Shown: piece after piece, positions 53,114 through 64,000 of the stretch
Numbering within the stretch: position 1 is the stretch's first letter
Layout: every line of letters starts with the position of its first letter
Assembly: GCF_963921235.1 (NCBI RefSeq)
Contig: NC_086097.1
Span: 197,596,001 to 197,660,000 of the forward strand
Source: Mobula hypostoma
Taxonomy: Eukaryota
Direction of reading: 5' to 3'
DNA length: 64,000 bases
Made by a program: the position numbers and the translations under genes
The notes under the pieces: generated by a model
Seen by the model: the letters and a program-made list of their open reading frames with translations, nothing else
Database searches by the model: none
What the model was told of the DNA's origin: nothing

Positions 53114-53603
53114 CAACAGGAATTCTGCAGATGCTGGAAATTCAAGCAACACACATAAAAGTTGCTGGTGAACGCAGCAGGCCAGGCAGCATCTCTAGGA
53201 AGAGGTGCAGTCGACGTTTCAGGCCGAGACCCTTCGTCAGGACTAACTGAAGGAAGAGTGAGTAAGGGATTTGAAAGTTGGAGGGGGAGGGGGAGATCCA
53301 AAATGATAGGAGAAGACAGGAGGGGGAGAGATGGAGCCAAGAGCTGGACAGGTGATAGGCAAAAGGGATACGAGAGGATCATGGGACAGGAGGTCCGGGA
53401 AGAAAGACGGGGGGGGGCAAACCCAGAGGATGGGCAAGGGGTATATTCAGAGGGACAAAAAGGAGAGTGAGAGAAAGAATGTGTGTATAAAAATAAGTAA
53501 CAGATGGGGTACGAGGGGGAGGTGGGGCATTAGTGGAAGTTAGAGAAGTCGATGTTACAGTAGAGGAGGCCGTGGATAGATTACAGTAGAGGAGGCTGTG
53601 GAT
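53114..53603 (-). mobile_element. Young Penelope-like 3' terminal fragment with 14-bp TSD
   Basis: AGTTTACCTGTTGA at 53100-53113 and 53604-53617. Contains a hammerhead motif. Same tail family as the one following the GIY-YIG remnant at 62300-62860. Confidence 0.8.
53208..53245 (-). ncRNA. Minimal type I hammerhead ribozyme (Penelope-associated)
   Basis: Minus strand reads UAGUC-CUGACGA-A-GGGU(CUCG)GCCU-GAAA-CG-UC^GACUG: intact core boxes, stem I, stem II and a palindromic ACGU mini-stem III. Confidence 0.8.
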
Positions 53604-54386
53604 AGTTTACCTGTTGAACTATTTTTAAACCTTTAAGTTTTATTCCATTAACATGCATCTGCCTACAAACTACAATGGTTGTTTTGAAATGTAATGGCAT
53701 AACATATCTCAAGGACTCTATTGCTCAACTTTAAAGTGATTTACCACAGTGCTAATTCAAAAGTTTTTGCACTGGAAATTCCTGTAATGGTTTATAAAGG
53801 ACCATCTTGCACTTGTGTGTAGAAGGTTCACAGCAGACTATTTGAGCAAAAAGATAGAGGAATTGCTGATAGCTGTTGAACCTATTTAACTAGCTGCTGT
53901 TTGTCTGTAATTTAAAGGTATGTGTACTCAAACTGACTGAGCACTAACTTTTTCTGTCAAGTTTGTCCATATGAATTAATAAACATTATAACTTCACAAC
54001 TTTCAAGTAATCAAATGAAGAATTTCTCTCAGGGGTACCTTTATATTTGTGAATTTTGCAAATCTACAGTGCAAAATGAAGTAATTTCAAGTGTCACTGT
54101 TCAGTTCAAGACCCATAATTCACTTGCAAGCTGAACGTTTTTCTAAAATTACACTTTTGTTCAAATATTCCATGACGAAACAATGTAAGGCATTTTTAAT
54201 ACTGTTTACAGTTCAATGGGTGGGAGTGGATCTGAGGTGCTCAAATGAACCCTTCTTCTTAATCAAAAACTAGAGTATGCAAAATGGCAAAGGTCACTGC
54301 TAACCCAGAATTTTACAAGAAACAGAGAAAGTTAATGATGGAAAAGAAAATTTGCTCAGATTTAAATAAATAAATAAACATATATG

Positions 54387-54414
54387 TTTGTGTGTGTGTG
54401 TGTGTGTGTATATA
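54387..54414. repeat. (TG)n(TA)n microsatellite
   Basis: Seen directly. Confidence 0.9.
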
Positions 54415-54539
54415 TAAGTTTTTTAGACCCCTACACTGTAAGATAAAGCAATTTATTAAAGGAAACAGAGCAGATAAATAAATGGTTTGCTTCATTCTGC
54501 AAGGTGAAGCAGGTCACTTGAACTTGATAGCCCCCACAG

Positions 54540-55025
54540 AAGGATTGTGTGGGGCTCAGGCATAGTGGAGCCACTGAGTTTTTCAAAATTCACTGGTTCC
54601 AGAAGGGTACCAAGGGATTGGAAATCTGCAGATGTGACTCCCTTGATCAAGAAGAGAGGAAGGCAAAGAGTAGGTAGCAATATATCTCGGCCCGAAACGT
54701 CAACTGTACTTTTTTCCATAGATGCTGCCTGGCCTGCTGAGTTCCTCCAGCATTTTATGTGTGTTGCTCTGATTTCCAACATCTGCATCTGCATTTTCTC
54801 TTGTTCGTGGTTTGATAGCATTAGATCTTTTAGTCTCACATCTATTTAAAACAAGCAACTGGAACAAGTTGGTGAGTCAAGCAGCATCTATGGAGGCAAA
54901 GGGATGGTTGATGTTTTGGGTCAAGACTGCATCAAACTGTCAAGGGAATGTAAAGGGAAGATGGCCAATATGTACAGTAGAAGTGGAAAAGAAAAGGATG
55001 AGATGGAGGCTGGTAGATGACAGAT
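54540..55025. mobile_element. CR1 fragment followed by two tail-to-tail Penelope-type 3' ends
   Basis: VPRDWKSADVTPLIKK (CR1). 54685-54805 (+) and 54850-55020 (-) resemble the 53114 element. Confidence 0.65.
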
Positions 55026-55219
55026 GGATCTTATAATCAGAGAAGATGTAGCTAATCATTTTAAAGCAGGTTCATGTAATCGGACCAACTCAATGCAGTT
55101 CTCTAATATTTTTTTCTTCAGTTTTTTCCAGGTTCAAACTTATTATGGGTAAATATACCCAGGGTAAAAGTATATTAGTGCAAAGAAATATAATCTAAGG
55201 CATTATTAGGGTTTCTCAG

Positions 55220-56540
55220 GTCAGTTGAACAACCAGATGGCATTGGGGAAGAATCTGTTGTTGAACTTAGAGGTGTGGGTCTTTTGACTCCTGTACCTCC
55301 TGTCTGATGGCAGCAAAAGAGTGTGGTCTAGGTGGTCATGGTTCTTAATGATGGATATCACCTTTTGTAGATAGATTTGATTGTGGAGAGAGCTGTACCA
55401 GAATCAGAATCAGTTTTATGATAGTGAAATTTGTTATCTTGGCAGCAGCAGTTCAATGGAATACATAATATAGAAGAAAAAATAAATAAATAAGTAAATC
55501 AATTACAGTATACATATATTGAACAGATTAAAAATTGTACAAAAAACAGAAATAATATATATTAAAAAAGTGAGGTAGTATTCAAAGGTTCAATGTCCAT
55601 TTAGGAATCAGATGGCAGAGGGGAAGAAGCTGTTCCTGAATCGTTGAGTCTGTGCCTTCAGGCTTCTGTACCTCCTCCCTGAGGGTAACAGTGAGAAAAG
55701 GGCATGCCCTGGGTACTGGAGGTCCTTAATAATGGACACTGCCTTTCTGAGGCACTGCTCCTTGAAGATAGAAACATAGAAAACCTACAGCACAATACAG
55801 GCTCTTTGGCCCACAATACTGTGCTGAACATGTACTTACATATTTGCAAGTACTGATAGCTGAAGGTATCCTGGGTACTTTGTAGGTTAGTACCCAAGAT
55901 GGAACCAACTAAATTTACAACCCTGTGCAGCTTCTTTCAGTCATGTGCCCCCAACCCCACCAATACCAGACAGTGATGCCGCCTGTCAGAATGCTCTCCA
56001 CTGTACATTTATAGAAGTTTTTGAGTGTATTTGTTGATGTACCAAATTTGTCGATGGGCGGAATGGCCGACTTCTGCTCCTTTGTCTTGTGGTCTTGTGG
56101 TCTTCAAACTCCTATTGAAGTATAACTGCATTGATATGTTGTAAATAGGTTAGATCCTCAGAAATCTTGACAGCCAGGAACTTGAAGCTGCTGACTCTCT
56201 CCACTTCTGATTCCTCTATGAGGAATACCCTCTTGTCTCCCGTGATGGAACCATTGAGTCTACCACTCTCTGCAGACATTTGAGTTTCTATCAATAAAGT
56301 TTCCATACCAGATCATTATACAAACAGTCAGAATGCTCCCCACTTTGTATCTGCGGAAATTTGCCATAGTTTTCAGTAACATGCCAAGCTACCTTAAGCT
56401 TGTAACAAAGTAGACATGTTGGTGTGCTTCTTCATGATTGTGTCGGTGTGCTAAGCCTAAAACAGACCTTTTGAGAAGTTGACACCCAAGAACTTGAAGT
56501 TGTTCACCCTTTCTACCACTGACTTTTCAATGAGAACTGG
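55220..56540 (-). mobile_element. Nested Rex1-type fragments with a short CR1 tail
   Basis: VERVSSFKFLAVKISEDL motif; tail cagaatcagaatcag; CR1 tail at about 55768-55830. Confidence 0.75.
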
Positions 56541-56837
56541 TGCTTGCTTGAGTTGTAGTTGACCTCAGTGTGTGAATCTGGCAAATGCCCACTGAGCATA
56601 GAGTCATAAATGTCTTAGACAGGATTTTGAGGACAAGACAAAAATAAGACAATTCTTGCATTGAATGATATATGTGTCACTTGAATTGCTGTCTACTTGT
56701 GTAAGATTAGTCAATTAGAAAGTTGCTTCTGCTTTTTGTCTTGTCCTCAGAATTGTTTTCACTATAAAATTCAGTACCTTAGTTTGAGTCCATTTTAAAA
56801 ATCCAAAATGTCATTTTTTTACTCCTTGTGGCTTTAT

Positions 56838-58690
56838 AATCCTTAAGATAAGATGAGATATAGGAGCAGAAATAAGCCAGTTGGCCCATTGACTATGCTC
56901 TGCCATTTAATCATGGCTGATCCACCTTCCTTCTTGGCCCAATATCTTGCATTCTCCCTATATCCCTTCTTTAAGCCACAATGTTGTACTTGTCAATCTC
57001 TAATTGCGCTAGAAGATCATGTACCTTATTTTGTATTCTGTGTGCATTCAAATATAACATGTGCAGTCCTGTATTTTTAACCCTTTTTGATTCTATCCCG
57101 TTACGCTACAACTTATCACACTGACTGCAATTTTGCCCTATTATCTGCCCATGCTTCCTGGACAGTCACACTGCCTCTGCTGTATCGAACCTGCTGCAAG
57201 GATAGTCATAGTCATATTCATACTTTATTGATCCTGGGGGAAATTGGTTTTCATTACAGTTGCACCATAAATAATTAAAGAGTACTATGTAAATTATGCC
57301 AGGAAATAAGTCCAGGACCAGCCTATTGGCTCAGGGTGTCTGACCCTCCAATGGAGGAGTTGTAAAGTTTGATGGCCACAGTCAGGAATGACTTCCTATG
57401 ATGCTCTGTGTTGCATCTCAGTGGAATGAGTCTCTGGCTGAATGTACTCCTGTGCCCGCCCAGTACATTATGTAGTGGATGGGAGACATTGTCCAAGATA
57501 TTGCTCCCCCTCAGATTCAGTGGTAACCTGCCCTTTTGTACATGTCATACCTTCCCCAGAAGAGATCCCAGTGATCCAAAAATCTGAAGTCCTGCCCCTC
57601 GTACCAGTTTGGAGGGCCTGGTTTTCAAATTTCTACCTAGCTTTCTAAGTTCTCTCTTCAGGAACTCCTCCCTTTTCCTGCCTATGTCATTGGTGCCAGT
57701 ATGTACCAAGGCTTCTGACTGCTTACCCTCCTCCTTTAGAATGTTGTGGACCCAATACAAGATGTCCTTGACCTTGGCACTGGGAGGCAACCTGGGTGTC
57801 TCTGTCACGCTATCATAGAATCTACTCCTCTAACTATGGAATTTCCTGTCACTACTGCTGTCCTCTTTTCCCGCCTTCCTTTCTGAGCCTCAGTGCCAGA
57901 GACCCAATCGCTGCACCTTCCCCCAGTAGGTCAGCCCCTCCAAACAGTATCCAAAGTGGTATACTTATTATTGTGGGGGACAGTCTCAGGGGTACTCTGC
58001 ACTGGTTGCCCATTTCCTTTCCCTCTCTTGACAGTCACCCAGGTACTTGCCTCCTGCAACTTAGGGGTGAATACCTTCCTGTAGCTCTTATCTATCACCT
58101 CCCAGTTTCCCATATGAGCCAAAGGTTATTGAGCTGCACTCCAGTTGATTTGCACATTCTCTGAGGAGCTGCAGCTTGGTGCACCTGCTGCAGATGGGGT
58201 AACCAGGAGGATAGTGGTCTCCTAGATCTCCCGCGGCTCACAGAGAGAAAACAACACAGTTCCTGGAGCCATACTCACTGCTCTAATGATGCACTAACAG
58301 ACAAAGAATGAAGAAGAAACTTACCGAGTCAAAGCCTCTTCACTCCAGTGTTGGTCCACTCACTCAGTCCTCAATTCTGCTCCACTATTTGATCATGGCT
58401 GATCTATTTTCTCTCTCAATCCCTTTCTACTGCCTTATCCCTATAACCTTTGACATCCTTGATAATCAAGAACCAATCAACCTCTGCTCTAAGTATGGCT
58501 AATGACTTGGTTTCCACAACCATCTGTGACAATAAATTCCACAGATTCACCATCCTATGGCTAAAGAAATTTGTTCTCTTCTCTGTTCGACAGGAATGTC
58601 CTTCTATTTTCAGGCTGTCTCTGCTGGTCCTAGATTTTCCCACTTTTGGAAACATCCTTTCCATGTCCAAACTACCTAAGCCATTTCTTT
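56838..58690 (-). mobile_element. CR1 fragments (ORF1 esterase, 3' ends) with an inserted LINE tail at about 57200-57500
   Basis: ALVHTGTNDIGRK (SGNH GxND motif); RTNFFSHRMVNLWN. Confidence 0.78.
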
Positions 58691-59217
58691 CCATTTCTTT
58701 AGTTGTTGGTTTTCCTCCAGGATTCAACCACGACTTTTCTTAAACACTTAGCTTTCATGTGATTTAAAGTTCATATCAGATGTCCTGAAATAACTTTAAA
58801 TCTCATTCTTTAAAAAAAATCAATAAATAGGCATTATTCTAATTTCTAAAAGGCCAGAAAATGCATCAACTAGCCATATTGATCTCCAAGACTTGTACTG
58901 CATGGCTTCAGTGTCCGAAATCAATATTTTTCAATTAGATCAGTTCTTGTATGTAACATGAATTCTGGCCTTATAAGGTTTCAAATATATTATGGACTTT
59001 CTTTGGTCCAGTGATTTCTAGAATCTGCTTTCTGGTAAGTCATAACAATAATTCTAAGGAGTGCTGCCATGGAGAAGTCTTTCCCAGTGTTCAATAAAGC
59101 AGTTAAATGAGAGCATGATAGGGGACTAAATTTTTGTCTTGCTGCTGCCATGATGAGTGAAACTGCACTGTGTACACAGCTGCATGATGTGAAGTATTAA
59201 TTGGTTTGGTTTCAAAT

Positions 59218-59527
59218 TTTTTATCAAAGTACGTAAATGTCATTATAAACTACTCTGAGATTCATTTTCTTGTGGGCATTCTCAGTAGAACAAAGAAATA
59301 CAACAGAATCAATATAAAACAACAGACAAACAACCAATGCGCAAAAGATGACAAACTGTTCAAATATGAAAAAGCAAATAATAATAACGATAAATAGTAA
59401 ATAAATAATACTGAGAACATAAGTTGTAGAGCCTTTGAAAGTGAGTCCATCCATTGTGGAATCAGTTTAGTGTTGAGCTGAGTGAAGTTATCCATGTTGG
59501 TTCAGGAGCCTGATGGTTGAAGGGTAA
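59218..59527 (-). mobile_element. Rex1-type 3' tail
   Basis: Reverse of the tails at 22700-22990 and 61100-61305. Confidence 0.65.
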
Positions 59528-59529
59528 TA

Positions 59530-59800
59530 CAGTTGAAGTCAGAAGTTTACATACACCTTAGCCAAAAATGTTTAAACTTAGTTTTTCACAATTCCTGACA
59601 TTTAATCCTAGAAAACATTCCCTGTCTTAGGTCAGTTAGGATTACTACTTTATTTTAAGAATGTGAAATGTTAGAATACGTAATAGTAAAGAGAATGATT
59701 TATTTCAGCTTTTATTTCCTTTATCACTTTCCCAGTGGGTCAGAAATTTACATACACTTTGTTAGTATTTGGTAGCATTGCCTTTAAATTGTTTAAATTG
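59530..59800 (-). mobile_element. Sleeping Beauty-like Tc1 right IR/DR plus transposase C-terminus
   Basis: Outer DR TA|CAGTTGAAGTCAGAAGTTTACATACAC; inner DR CCCAGTGGGTCAGAAATTTACATACAC. Minus strand 59800-59762 encodes QFKQFKGNATKY*. Confidence 0.9.
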
Positions 59801-59945
59801 TCCATCAAATAACGCCGCCCTCGGTCACCATAGCGACTTACGAGCTGCTCGGTGCTCTCTCTCCCAACTCAGCAGAAATCCAAAAGTTCCTCGTGCCTTA
59901 AAGTGACAGTCCAAAGGTTAGTCTTCATCTCTCTCTGTCCCCCCT

Positions 59946-59996
<51 letters not shown>

Positions 59997-60093
59997 CTCT
60001 CTCTTTTCAAAAGCACAGTTCATGGGGGTAATCGAGCACAGTTCATGGGGGTAATCGAGCACAGTTCATAGGGGTAATTCAGAACTCTGTCAC
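59801..60093 (-). repeat. Probable LTR fragment with (CT)n and a 23-bp tandem repeat x3
   Basis: Minus strand starts TGTGACA; (CT)n at 59953-60005; AGCACAGTTCATGGGGGTAATCG three times at 60012-60080. Confidence 0.55.
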
Positions 60094-60099
60094 ACAGTG

Positions 60100-60501
60100 A
60101 CAGTGATATTCTACATTTATTCCAATAAGTTGTTTACCCTGTGTTTGATTCGGTTCATTTGAAGCTGTATATTTTTATGTTTCATTGAATGTTTTTGTTG
60201 GAAATAAAATTTTTTTTGTCATTATTCCCCAAATAATACAGTGTAACAACTTTTTACATAACATTTACATTGTATTAGGTATTATAAGTAATCTAGAGAT
60301 GATTTAAAGTATATGGGAGGATGTGCATAGGTTTGGTGTGCCGCCGGGCCCTAAAGTCCACTGCACTGAGACAAATTAACTTGAGCATACGTGATTTTTG
60401 GTATTGTGGGGGGGCGAGGAAGTTGGGGTCTGAAATCCAAAAATTCTGAATTCCGAAATGCAACTGGCCCCAAGGATTTCGGATAAGGGATTGTGGACCT
60501 G
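60100..60501 (+). mobile_element. Tigger-family 3' end (MER2/Tigger3-like core, MER46/Tigger4-like terminus)
   Basis: Core catttacattgtattaggtattataagtaatctagagatgatttaaagtata; end ttcggataagggattgtggacctg followed by TA. Confidence 0.72.
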
Positions 60502-60984
60502 TATATCAGAGTTTGAAGTAGTTGTCTGTTAATATTTATGTCATATGTAGTTTAATAGATTAATAAAATCATGATTTCAATTAAAATCCAGTAAAATAAA
60601 TGCAGAAGATTTATTTAATTAAGATAGCACTGGCAATATATGGCAACATTTTGCAGGCAGCTCATCAAACTACTAGCTCCTCCAGTAGAAATTCTTCTTC
60701 TGCACTATGATTACTTCAATCTCTACAGTGTGTAATTTCCCCTGTAGAAATATACTTTTGAATCATCTAAACAAACTAACAATTTTACGATCTCCTGAAT
60801 GATTCAACGAATTTAACTCGGGAGGCCATTGCTGGGTGTGGGTGCTGCTGAAAGTGGAAAACAAACTTGTGGTCAGCTTCGTTACTTTGTGCCAATTAAA
60901 GTGACAAGCCAGATTATAGTGTCGAGGCCTCAAGAGCAGAGAACAAATTGGTGTTAAGTGATTCCTGCCTGTGTTTGACCCAAC

Positions 60985-61306
60985 TCCCTCTCTTCTCACT
61001 ACTACTATCAAGTGGGAAGTACAGAAGTCTTGGGTCTAATGCCACCAGGTTTGGGAGCAGACATTCCTCAGTGTTGAACTGATTATGCAGCCTGTGGGCT
61101 CACTTTCAGGACTCTGAAGCTCATGTTCCATGTATTATTTATTTACTTTTTGACTGTTTGCATGATTTGTCCTCTTTTGCACATTGGATATTTGTCAGTT
61201 TTTGTTGTGTGTGGTTTCTCATGGATCTTATTGTGTCCTTGTTTTGTGGGTGTCTGCAAGAAGATGAATGTGAACGTTGTATGCGATAGTAAATTTGAAT
61301 TTTGAA
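60985..61306 (+). mobile_element. Rex1-type 3' end
   Basis: ctactatcaagtgggaagtacagaag...aaatttgaattttga tail. Confidence 0.65.
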
Positions 61307-61689
61307 TTAACTTAAAGAACCTGTCATGGTATTATGAGAAGATATTGCAGTGAAGATGTAAAACCTCAGTGTATTTAACAAAATTAGGTGTTTGCAACAA
61401 AGTGGTCAATTCATCACTTAAATCTCTATCTAAACACATCATCTATACAGTATAATAGTTTGGAAAGTACTTTGGCAGTAAGTGATTTTAATTTACATTC
61501 AATTTTGGTAATTTTCATGCTTATTCCTTGGTCTATTTGCATGAGTCCAAGCTTTTTTGTGGGTTATATAAAATAATCTGCTTCCATGCTATTCCTGCTA
61601 TCTCCCTTTGTGCTTTATTTGGCACACAGATAACTGCATTACCGCTGCTTCTTGTTACAGTCATACTGAAATTTTAAAATGTATGTATT

Positions 61690-62855
61690 ACTTTTGCTGC
61701 CAATTTTCACCCTGCTTTCTCATTTCGCATTATTAACCTGTGAAACATCTGCATTTTGGGATAGGTCAGCCCCAAACATCCATAACAAGTCCACAGGCTT
61801 CTAAAGTATTGTGAATATTCTTTCTCTTGCCATGATTCCTATGAGGACTTTATTTAATTCCCTCATTTGTTTCATCTCTGTTGCATATACTCCAATGATG
61901 AGACTTTCACTAAGATCCCCTCTACCGAGAGAACAGGGTTGATTGCTGCATCTTGCCTATTCATGCACTTCTGCTCTCATCCTTGTCCTCTTGGATAGAT
62001 TAAGAGCAGAATTCTCTCAGCATTCACCCTCCATCCAAACTCTCTGCATCTCTGTAATCTTTTGCAATTTCAGTCAGCCCCATTAAGATTCCACCACTAG
62101 AGAGGCATTTCCCTTCTTTCCCTTTTCAGCATTTTGAAGTGATTGCTCTCTTAGAGGTTCTTTGTTATGCACTTCTGTCCCTATGAACCACTCCCAGTAT
62201 TATTGCACCTATACATGCAATCGCAGGATTTTCAGTACCTATCCTCCCACTTTATCCCTTCCCACTATCCACAAACCTATTTGACCTTTGGAGATGAAGC
62301 AAAAACTTATGCACATTTCTTCCAATCCAGTGTATTGTATTTACATTTTATACTGGTGAAACCCAACACGAGTTGGGTGATGACTTTGCAGAGCACCTGC
62401 ATTCAATCTGCAGGGGTAACCTCAAGTTCCATGTTGCTTGCTGCTTTAAAACTCCATCCCATTCACAGTCTGACATTTGCTTATGCTTTTTACATTTTCT
62501 TTTACAGCGAGGCATATTGCAAGCAAGAGGATCAACTCATTTTGTGTCTGGGGACATTGTAGCATTAAACACTCAATATTGATTTCTTATTTTTTGTCCA
62601 TTTCTGAGCCAGTCATTTCTGTTATCTGTAATTTTGACTTGATTTGTCTCTCTTTGTTAGAATATCCTGGTCTTTTAATAACATATTACAAAGTCTAAGA
62701 AGCAGTATGTGCTTCCTGCTGCCTTTATCCACCTTCTATACTACTTAAGATTAACTTTTTTTTTCTTTCCCCATTCTGATGAATGAATTTGGTCTTTAAA
62801 CATTAATTCTATTAATTTTCCTGGATGCTATCTAACTTGTGGGCGTTTCCAGCAT
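61690..62855 (+). mobile_element. Old Penelope-like retroelement (RT end, GIY-YIG endonuclease, degenerate hammerhead tail)
   Basis: VYCI..YTGETQ..LGDDFAEHLHSI...PSHSQSD...EDQLILCLGTL; CTGATGA at 62776. Confidence 0.75.
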
Positions 62856-64000
62856 GAGGAATGAATCTTTATCATTTGTACGGCTTAATTTTGTGGTATA
62901 TTCATTGATTGAGCCACCATGATCTCAAAGGAGATAACTGATTCTGAATAGTATCTAATAACTGAAGTTTAACTTCTGCTGTTGACTTCCTTTAATGGCA
63001 TTTGTGTAATAGATCAGATGCTTTTTATTTATTGAGCTGATATTTTCAATAGCATAATTGAAGAAATAAAACAACTTTGGCATTGAAACAAGTCTGGAAC
63101 GATGCATTCTTGGTAGATGAGAAAGGATTCTGTCTAAAAACATAAAGTGACTGGAAAATTCAATGAATTAAAAGCCATTTAAACCCTCCTGTTTTTTTTC
63201 ATTTCATCACAGGTCTTTTATTTTTACTTCTCCTGTGAGCACTTTATTTCTAACTTGTTTCAGATCAGATAAAAGATCATTAACCTCAACTATTAATTTT
63301 GTTTCTTGTCCAATGTGTATTGCATTACTTGCTGAGAATCTTGTAATTTTCTGTTCCTATGGCACTCAGCTGCAGTTTCCTTTGAGGTCGTGTCTCAGTT
63401 AGTTGTTTATTAGGTTCATAGGGATGGTTTTGCAGCCACTTGGGGTTTAAGTTTTAGGGACAGAGGTGTAGGGGAATTTAGATGTCAGGTCGGAGTCTAA
63501 GCCTCTTCTCAAGGGTGCAAATGACATGGGGCAACATAGATGGATGTTGGGCCAGCACTTCAGCATGAATGAGCTCTTGTGACCCTTCCAGGACCAGCAA
63601 ATTGTCAGATGCCTCTGGAGTTCTGTGTGGGCAGAAGGAATGAGGTCTGATGATCCTCTATGTACACGAATCAGTGAGTCCAGTATTCGAGTCCTACTGT
63701 TCAGTTATTGGCGGGTCCTGGGGTTGATGCCGAACATTGAGACCCAAGGGTGGAGTCTGGAAGTCAACGCCCGATGGCCACTGCTCTGAGTCTACAAATC
63801 TCTGTGCATGCTGAGGAAGGCTCAATGTCTGCAAATCTAAACGCACTGGAGGCCGAAGACGGCCTGTCGTAGGTTTGGAGGACTGTGTATGTGCGTGGGT
63901 TGGTTGGTGTATGGGAGGGAGGAACATGGTTTGTTTTGCGTCTGTTGTTTTGTGGTTTGTTGTGTTCTGTGTAGTTCTGCTGAACATTCTGGGCATGCTT

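Larger units (their letters stand above)
24126..64000 (+). other. trappc9: Start of the next, large U2 GT intron of trappc9 (end outside the window)
   Basis: GTGAGT donor. I did not find the expected next exon (DVLVDG...-like). Confidence 0.75.

Noticed and set aside
60012..60080. 23-bp repeats as a CRISPR array
   Set aside because: Head-to-tail with no spacers, no cas genes, and a vertebrate context.
59528..60503. SB end and Tigger end as the two termini of one TA-flanked element
   Set aside because: The termini are not inverted repeats of each other, and the interrupted Rex1 tail does not resume after 60503.
24126..64000. Further trappc9 exons or a Peg13-like CpG-island transcript
   Set aside because: No DVLVDG-like exon was seen, and the CpG-rich patches map to young transposons. 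A small exon could have been missed by eye.
63340..64000. GC-richer terminal segment and ORF 63694-63996
   Set aside because: It looks like an interspersed repeat cut by the window edge; no recognisable protein, and the family is not assignable.

Overview
Vertebrate genomic DNA. The repeat landscape (dense CR1/HER1-type LINEs, HE1-like tRNA SINEs, Rex1, Penelope tails) suggests a cartilaginous fish, probably a ray; this is inference. The whole window lies inside a + strand TRAPPC9 (NIBP/Trs120) gene, recognised from recalled protein similarity. Only two coding exons are visible: 1108-1264 and 24035-24125. They are joined in frame by a 22,770-nt minor-spliceosome (U12) AT-AC intron with a canonical ATATCCTTT donor, TTCCTTAAC branch point and AC acceptor. 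A strong U2-type AG acceptor overlaps its 3' end. The next GT intron runs past the window end. The rest is mostly nested, decayed transposons: CR1, Rex1, RTE, Penelope (one copy with an intact minimal hammerhead ribozyme), Tigger, hAT, Harbinger, Tc1 (including a Sleeping Beauty-like IR/DR) and a PNMA-like-gag Gypsy element. I found no prokaryotic features, no CRISPR and no convincing wholly new gene system. Repeat boundaries are approximate unless TIR/TSD/LTR ends are cited. All family assignments are from memory, not from database searches.
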